NCBI GenBank assembly: GCA_963666055.2 | Contig: CAXWPH010000015.1 | Coordinates: 864,001-928,000 of the forward strand | Source: Acidobacteriota bacterium | Lineage (GTDB): Bacteria > Acidobacteriota > UBA890 > WLXD01 | Length of the DNA: 64,000 nucleotides | Direction of reading: 5' to 3' | Part shown: one piece after another, positions 57,922 through 64,000 of the stretch | Numbering within the stretch: the stretch's first letter is position 1 | Layout of the letters: every line of letters starts with the position of its first letter | Position numbers and translations under genes: made by a program | Notes under the pieces: generated by a model | The model's input: only the letters and a program-made list of their open reading frames with translations | The model's database searches: none | What the model was told of the DNA's origin: nothing

Positions 57922-58052
57922 GGCTGTGGTCCTGGGGACGGTGTGGCAGGTGGTAGCGGCAGCGTAGAATCCAGATTAGCACAGCCGGCGGGCGGGGTCT
58001 TGGACCGATCTGGACCACATCCTGCCGGCTGGGGTCTCCAGTGCGTCGGGGG

Positions 58053-58370
58053 TCAGTCCCAAATACCGAGCATCATTTTGACGTCCTCGGTTGCCATTGC
58101 ACGAGGGTCCCAAGGCGGCGTCCAAACCAGCTGGATATCGACGTCCTCGACGTCTTCCATCTGCAAGCAAGCAGTGTGCACCGCTCCCATGATCTGTGGG
58201 CCGACCGGGCACATCGGCGACGTGAGGGTCATTTTGACGCGCAGCCGGCTGTCTTCCTCCTCGGCCTCGACGTCGTAAATGAGCCCGAGGTCGACGATCG
58301 AGACGTTCATCTCGGGATCGACGATTGGCCTCAGCGCCTCGAAAACCTCTTCCTTGTTCGGTAGTGACAT
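58053..58370 (-). CDS. SufT/DUF59 Fe-S assembly factor
   Basis: DPEMNVSIVDLGLIY, MTLTSPMCP, PPW. Confidence 0.92.
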   Translation of the reverse strand: MSLPNKEEVFEALRPIVDPEMNVSIVDLGLIYDVEAEEEDSRLRVKMTLTSPMCPVGPQIMGAVHTACLQMEDVEDVDIQLVWTPPWDPRAMATEDVKMMLGIWD

Positions 58371-58435
58371 GCAGCGCTCCGTTGGTGTGGTTTCGGGCCA
58401 CAGCTCGACGCCGGTTGCTTGGTCCTGCGCCGTGC

Positions 58436-58918
58436 CTAGTAGGCCCTGACTTCGATGTCCTTGTCGGCCTCCACCTGCGAGACGAGCTCCGGGTCGTGCT
58501 GCGCCAGCGCCTGCTCGAGCGTCATCCAGGCGAGCAACGCACACTTGATGCGGACGGGGAATCTCTTCACTCCCTCGAGTGCCTCGAGATCACCGGGGTC
58601 GGTTCCGGACGGCCAGTCGCCGCCGCGCATCACCGCCTTGAAACTCTCCTTGAGCTGGACCGCCTCTTGCACGGTCTTACCCTCGAGTTGTTGCGCCAGC
58701 ATTGAAGCCGAAGCCACCGATATCGAGCACCCGGACGGCTTTATGTGCAGCCCGCGGATGCGGCCATCGTCGATGTCGAGGGTCATCACCAGCTCGTCGC
58801 CGCACAGCGGATTGAAGCCCTCGACCCGCACCGACGGGGCGTCGATCTCTTCGGCGCCGTGCGGGGTCCGATAGTGGTCGAGAATGACCTCCCGGTAAAG
58901 ATCGTCGAGTCCTTGCAT
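58436..58918 (-). CDS. sufU: SUF NifU-family protein SufU
   Basis: LYREVILDHY, NPLCGD, GCSIS.ASAS, RIKCALLAW. Confidence 0.93.
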   Translation of the reverse strand: MQGLDDLYREVILDHYRTPHGAEEIDAPSVRVEGFNPLCGDELVMTLDIDDGRIRGLHIKPSGCSISVASASMLAQQLEGKTVQEAVQLKESFKAVMRGGDWPSGTDPGDLEALEGVKRFPVRIKCALLAWMTLEQALAQHDPELVSQVEADKDIEVRAY

Positions 58919-58935
58919 CTGTTTGGATCCAGGCG

Positions 58936-60204
58936 TCAGGTCGAGAGGCCGAACACTTCGCGTGCTGCAAGCAGCGCGTTGATCAGCACATCGACCTCGC
59001 TCCTGTCGTTGTATACGTAGAACGAGGCGCGGGCACTGGCCATCACCCCCAGCCGTCGCATGAGCGGCTTGGCGCAGTGATGCCCGGCGCGAATCGCCAC
59101 GCCGTGCTGATCGAGGACGGTACCGAGGTCGTGCGGGTGAATCTGGTTGTCGTTGAAGGTCACCAGACCACAGCGATCGTTGGGGTCCTTGGGCCCGAAG
59201 ATCGTCAGCCACGGCAGCTCCTGCAGCCGCTCGAGCAGGTATTCGTTGATGCTCACCTCATGGTGGCGGATGTTCTGCATGCCGAGCGTCTCGAGGTAAT
59301 CGATGCTGGCGTCCAGCCCCACGGCGTCGGCTACCGACGGCGTGCCCGCTTCGAATTTGTGCGGCGCTGCTGCCCAGGTGCTGCGCTCGAGTGTTACGTC
59401 GCGAATCATCTCGCCGCCGCCAAGGAAGGGGTCCATCTCCTCCATCAGGTCGCGGTCGACCAACAGCACGCCGATGCCGAGCGGGCCGAGCGCCTTGTGC
59501 GGCGAGTAGGCGTAGAAATCACAGTCCAGCGCGCTGAAGTCTACCGGCCCGTGCGGCACGCCTTGGGCGCCGTCGACGAGCACCTTGGCGCCAACCGACC
59601 GTGCGGCACAGGCGATGGTCGGGATCGGGTTGATGGTACCGAGCACGTTGGATACGTGGCTGATAGCCACCAACCGGGTGTGCTCGTTGAGCACCTCATC
59701 GAGCTGGTCGATGCGCAGGTGCCCCTCATCGTCGATGTCGAGGAAGCGCAGCTTGCAGCCGATCTCCTGAGAGAGGATCTGCCAGGGGACGAGGTTGCTG
59801 TGGTGCTCGGTGACGCTGAGCATGATCTCGTCACCGGTGCGCAGGTGACGGCGCGCCCAGGAGTGCGCTACGAGGTTGATCGACTCCGTCGTGTTGCGGG
59901 TGAAGATGACGCTGTCCGGCGTCTCGACATTCAGAAAGCTCGCGACCCTGGCTCGGGCGCCCTCGTAGGCATCGGTAGCTTCCTCCGACAGGGCGTGCAC
60001 GCCGCGGTGCACGTTGGCGTTACTCGTCCGGTAGAAGCTGGCAATGGCCTCGATCACCGCCTCTGGCCGTTGCGTGGTTGCCGAGTTGTCGAGGTAGACG
60101 AGGGGCTTGCCGTGCACCTCCCGACTCAGAATGGGGAAGTCGGCGCGTACCCGCGCGACGTCGATCGCCTGCGGCTCGGTGGCTTGCGCTGTTGACGTGG
60201 ACAC
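58936..60204 (-). CDS. sufS: Cysteine desulfurase
   Basis: YLDNSAT, SPHK, RAGHHCA. Confidence 0.95.
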   Translation of the reverse strand: MSTSTAQATEPQAIDVARVRADFPILSREVHGKPLVYLDNSATTQRPEAVIEAIASFYRTSNANVHRGVHALSEEATDAYEGARARVASFLNVETPDSVIFTRNTTESINLVAHSWARRHLRTGDEIMLSVTEHHSNLVPWQILSQEIGCKLRFLDIDDEGHLRIDQLDEVLNEHTRLVAISHVSNVLGTINPIPTIACAARSVGAKVLVDGAQGVPHGPVDFSALDCDFYAYSPHKALGPLGIGVLLVDRDLMEEMDPFLGGGEMIRDVTLERSTWAAAPHKFEAGTPSVADAVGLDASIDYLETLGMQNIRHHEVSINEYLLERLQELPWLTIFGPKDPNDRCGLVTFNDNQIHPHDLGTVLDQHGVAIRAGHHCAKPLMRRLGVMASARASFYVYNDRSEVDVLINALLAAREVFGLST

Positions 60205-60216
60205 CTTCGCCCTCGC

Positions 60217-60579
60217 CTACCAGTCGTCGCCGGAATCGGCTGCGGCGCGGGCCGCTTCAGGTACGCTGACCTGTACCTTGCCGTCCTGCTCCTGCACTGG
60301 GAAAGTGTCGATGGGCACGAGCGCGGGCATCAACAGCACCTCGCCGGTGCGGATGTCGAACTGCGCGCCGTGGCGCGGGCACTGGATGGCGTGTCCCTGA
60401 AGCTGTCCCTCACCCAGCGGCCCGTCGTCGTGGGTGCACAGGTCTTGGACCGCGAACAGCTCGCCCTCGACGCGTGCCACGGCGATACGGACCCCACCCA
60501 CCGTGAAGGTGCGCGCCTCGCCGTCGGGAATCGCATCCGACGCTGCCACCTCGACCCAGGTCTGTGTCGTCGTGCTCAT
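60217..60579 (-). CDS. Rieske-type ferredoxin
   Basis: CTH...CPRH. Confidence 0.92.
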   Translation of the reverse strand: MSTTTQTWVEVAASDAIPDGEARTFTVGGVRIAVARVEGELFAVQDLCTHDDGPLGEGQLQGHAIQCPRHGAQFDIRTGEVLLMPALVPIDTFPVQEQDGKVQVSVPEAARAAADSGDDW

Positions 60580-61889
60580 CGGCGGGTTCTGCCGGCGAGC
60601 TTGGCGTCGATGTAGCCCCACAACAGGTCGCGGATCTCGTCGTCCGCGATGCGGTCCATGGCGGGTCCGAAGAACCCCTCCACGATCAGTCGCTCGGCCT
60701 CGGATTCTCGCAGCCCGCGCGTGCGCAAGTAGTAGATCTGCTCTTCGTCGATCGGGCCCACGGTGGCGCCATGGGTACAGCGCACCTCCTCGTTGAGGAT
60801 CTCGAGCTCGGGGATCGACTCGGCGCGACAGGTCGGGTCGAGCATCAGGTTGCGGTTCTCCTGATAGGCCTCGCAGTTGGGCGCCGACCGGTCGATACGG
60901 ATGAGCCCGGTGTAGACCGAGCGTGCCTGGTCCTCGAGCACTACCTTGAAGTCCATGTCGGAGAAGCTGTTGCCGGCCTCGTGGACGTGTTCTGTGTGGT
61001 TGTCGAAGTGCTGACGATTGCCACCGAAGATCACGCCGATCATCTCGGCCTGGGCGTTGCCACCCTGTTGAACATTGCCCAGGTCCGCCTTGTTGTACTG
61101 GCCACCGAGCCCGATGTTGACTGTCGTTACCGAGGCATCGCGTTGTAACAGGAACCGCTGTCGCGCATGGCTCCGGGTTCGATCCCCCCAGCGCTGGACG
61201 TTGAAGTAGGAGAGCCGCGAGTTGGGCAGCAGCGCTCCCTCGACTACCGAGTTTGCCAGCACGCGTGGGTCCTCACCGTCGTTGCTGTATTCGTCGAACA
61301 GGGTCACCTCGGCGCCTTCGTCGACCACTATCAGCAGCCGCGCGAACAGGCCAGCCAGATCGGCGCGGGTACGCTGGAACAGGTGGATGGGCTTGTCCAC
61401 TTTCACGTTGCGAGGTACGTAGAGAAACAGGCCGCCCGCAAAGAGGGCGGCGTTGAGCGCCTCGAACTTGCCCGAGTCGGCGCCGGCGGCGGTGCCGAGG
61501 TGGGCGCGTACCAGGTCTTCGTGTTGGCGCGCCGCGGTCCCCAGGTCCATGAGCACGACGCCGGCGTCGCGGCACGTAGGATCGACCCAGCAAGACTGCA
61601 GCACTGCGTCTTCAACCACCGCCACCGCGGCCGGATCGCCGGGCAGGTCGTCCGGGGCGGCCCCCTCCGGAGCCGTGCCGTTGGGAACCAGCGGGGTGAT
61701 GCGGTCAGGGAGGAACTTCTCGGGCTTCGAGTAACGCCATAGGTGGGCAACGCGATCGGGCAGGGGAGCGGCGGAGTAGATATCCCAGGCGGCGTGACGC
61801 CACTGCGCCAGCCACTCGGGCTCACCGGCTGCCTGCACGATCGCACGCACGTGGTCGGAGCTCACGGAGGATTGAGCGGTCGCTTGCAT
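60576..61889 (-). CDS. sufD: Fe-S assembly protein SufD
   Basis: PELEILNEEVRCTHGATVG, YLRTRGL. Confidence 0.93.
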   Translation of the reverse strand: MQATAQSSVSSDHVRAIVQAAGEPEWLAQWRHAAWDIYSAAPLPDRVAHLWRYSKPEKFLPDRITPLVPNGTAPEGAAPDDLPGDPAAVAVVEDAVLQSCWVDPTCRDAGVVLMDLGTAARQHEDLVRAHLGTAAGADSGKFEALNAALFAGGLFLYVPRNVKVDKPIHLFQRTRADLAGLFARLLIVVDEGAEVTLFDEYSNDGEDPRVLANSVVEGALLPNSRLSYFNVQRWGDRTRSHARQRFLLQRDASVTTVNIGLGGQYNKADLGNVQQGGNAQAEMIGVIFGGNRQHFDNHTEHVHEAGNSFSDMDFKVVLEDQARSVYTGLIRIDRSAPNCEAYQENRNLMLDPTCRAESIPELEILNEEVRCTHGATVGPIDEEQIYYLRTRGLRESEAERLIVEGFFGPAMDRIADDEIRDLLWGYIDAKLAGRTRR

Positions 61890-61928
61890 CGAAATGTCGT
61901 CCTTAGGGTCGTCTGGGCGCCTCGGCGG

Positions 61929-63341
61929 CTAGCCGACCGAACCTTCCATCTCGAGCTGGATGAGCCGGTTGAGCTCGACGGCGTACTCCATCGGCAGCTC
62001 CTTGACGAACGGCTCGATGAATCCGTTGACCACCATCACCAGCGCTTCCTCCTCGGTGAGCCCACGGCTCATCAGATAGAAGAGCTGCTCGTCGCCGACC
62101 TTCGAGACGCGCGCCTCGTGCTCGACTTGTACCTGCTCCTCGGCGACTTCCATCGTCGGATAGGTATCGGAGCGTGACCCGGTGCCCATGAGGAGCGCAT
62201 CGCACTCCACGTGCACCTTCGAGCCCACCGCGCCGGGGTAGACCTTCACCATGCCGCGGTATGAAGACCGCCCACCGTCCTTGGAGATCGACTTCGAGGT
62301 GATGCGCGAGGTCGTGCGCGGCGCGGCGTGATAGATCTTGGCGCCGGCGTCCTGATGCTGGCCCTCGTTGGAGAACGCCACCGAGAGGATCTCGCCGTGA
62401 GCGCCCTCGCCCACCAGGTTTACGCACGGGAACTTCATCGTGAGCTTGGAGCCGAGGTTGCCGTCGACCCACTCCACGGTGGCGTTCTCGTGCGCGACGG
62501 CGCGCTTGGTCACCAGGTTGTAGACGTTCTTCGACCAGTTCTGAATGGTCGTGTAGCGTAGGTGCGCGCCCGGTAGCGCCACCAGCTCGACCACCGCCGA
62601 GTGCAACGCGTCGCTTACGTACGTCGGCGCCGTGCACCCTTCGATGTAGTGCACGCGCGAGCCCTCGTCGGCGATGATCAACGTGCGTTCGAACTGGCCC
62701 ATGTTCTCGGTGTTGATGCGGAAGTAGGCCTGCAGTGGCATCGTCACCTCGACACCCGGGGGCACGTAGACGAACGAGCCGCCCGACCACACCGCCGAGT
62801 TGAGTGCCGCGAACTTGTTGTCCTCCGGCGGGATCAGCTTGGCGAAGTACTTCTTGACCAGTTCCTCGTGCTCGCGCAGGCCCGTGTCCATGTCGGTGAA
62901 GATCACACCCTGCTCTTCGATCTCCTTCTGCAGCGAGTGGTACACGACTTCGGATTCGTACTGCGCCGACACGCCGGCGAGGAACTTGCGCTCCGCCTGG
63001 GGGATGCCGAGCTTTTCAAAGGTGTTCTTGATGTATTCCGGAACGTCGTCCCAGCTCGTGCCCTGTTGCTCGGTCGGCTTCAGGTAGTAGTAGATCTCGT
63101 CGAAGTCGATCGAGTTCAGCAACTCCTGGTTGCCCCACCGCGGCATCGGCTTGGACTCGAAGATGTCAAACGAGCGCAGCCGGAAGTCGGTCATCCACTT
63201 GGGCTCTTTTTTCATCGCCGAGATGTCGCGCACGACGTCGACGCTGAGGCCACGCTCGGCCTTGTATACCGAGACCTCGGGATCGTGGAAGCCGTACTTG
63301 TATTCGTCGTTGATGTTCAGGTCGTTGGGTTGTGTCGACAT
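61929..63341 (-). CDS. sufB: Fe-S assembly protein SufB
   Basis: [39 protein letters not shown]. Confidence 0.96.
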   Translation of the reverse strand: MSTQPNDLNINDEYKYGFHDPEVSVYKAERGLSVDVVRDISAMKKEPKWMTDFRLRSFDIFESKPMPRWGNQELLNSIDFDEIYYYLKPTEQQGTSWDDVPEYIKNTFEKLGIPQAERKFLAGVSAQYESEVVYHSLQKEIEEQGVIFTDMDTGLREHEELVKKYFAKLIPPEDNKFAALNSAVWSGGSFVYVPPGVEVTMPLQAYFRINTENMGQFERTLIIADEGSRVHYIEGCTAPTYVSDALHSAVVELVALPGAHLRYTTIQNWSKNVYNLVTKRAVAHENATVEWVDGNLGSKLTMKFPCVNLVGEGAHGEILSVAFSNEGQHQDAGAKIYHAAPRTTSRITSKSISKDGGRSSYRGMVKVYPGAVGSKVHVECDALLMGTGSRSDTYPTMEVAEEQVQVEHEARVSKVGDEQLFYLMSRGLTEEEALVMVVNGFIEPFVKELPMEYAVELNRLIQLEMEGSVG

Positions 63342-63344
63342 GGT

Positions 63345-64000
<656 letters not shown>

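Overview
GC-rich, diderm bacterial chromosome, most consistent with an Acidobacteriota/Gemmatimonadota-like organism (inferred from gene content and kinase-fragment style). The right end (55.4-64 kb) is core-like: tRNA-Val(CAC), DUF3467, a Tat-signal alanine racemase and the sufC-B-D-ferredoxin-S-U-T operon. The ~55 kb downstream of the tRNA (minus strand) is a mosaic accessory region, mostly of exported enzymes, interleaved with gene debris. It holds two identical displaced 3' halves of tRNA-Val (att-like, 38619 and 40959), a tRNA-Met 3' half, a tyrosine-integrase remnant but no intact integrase, an intact IS5, IS6-like ends, a modular MITE family, a HigBA-type TA pair and a truncated ParA/partner module. 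Best leads: (1) an exported active plus pseudo-enzyme ureohydrolase pair behind HupE/UreJ; (2) an integrase-less 2.3-kb single-gene cassette between att repeats; (3) cargo reusing ends of multicopy host genes (an SpdH gene inside a Ser/Thr kinase shell; an SpdH RBS+Tat leader grafted onto an AT-rich beta-propeller gene); (4) an MBOAT-SGNH/ACP/FAAL acylation operon. Three single-base frameshifts in short homopolymers are probably assembly errors. All family calls come from motif recognition by eye; no searches were run.
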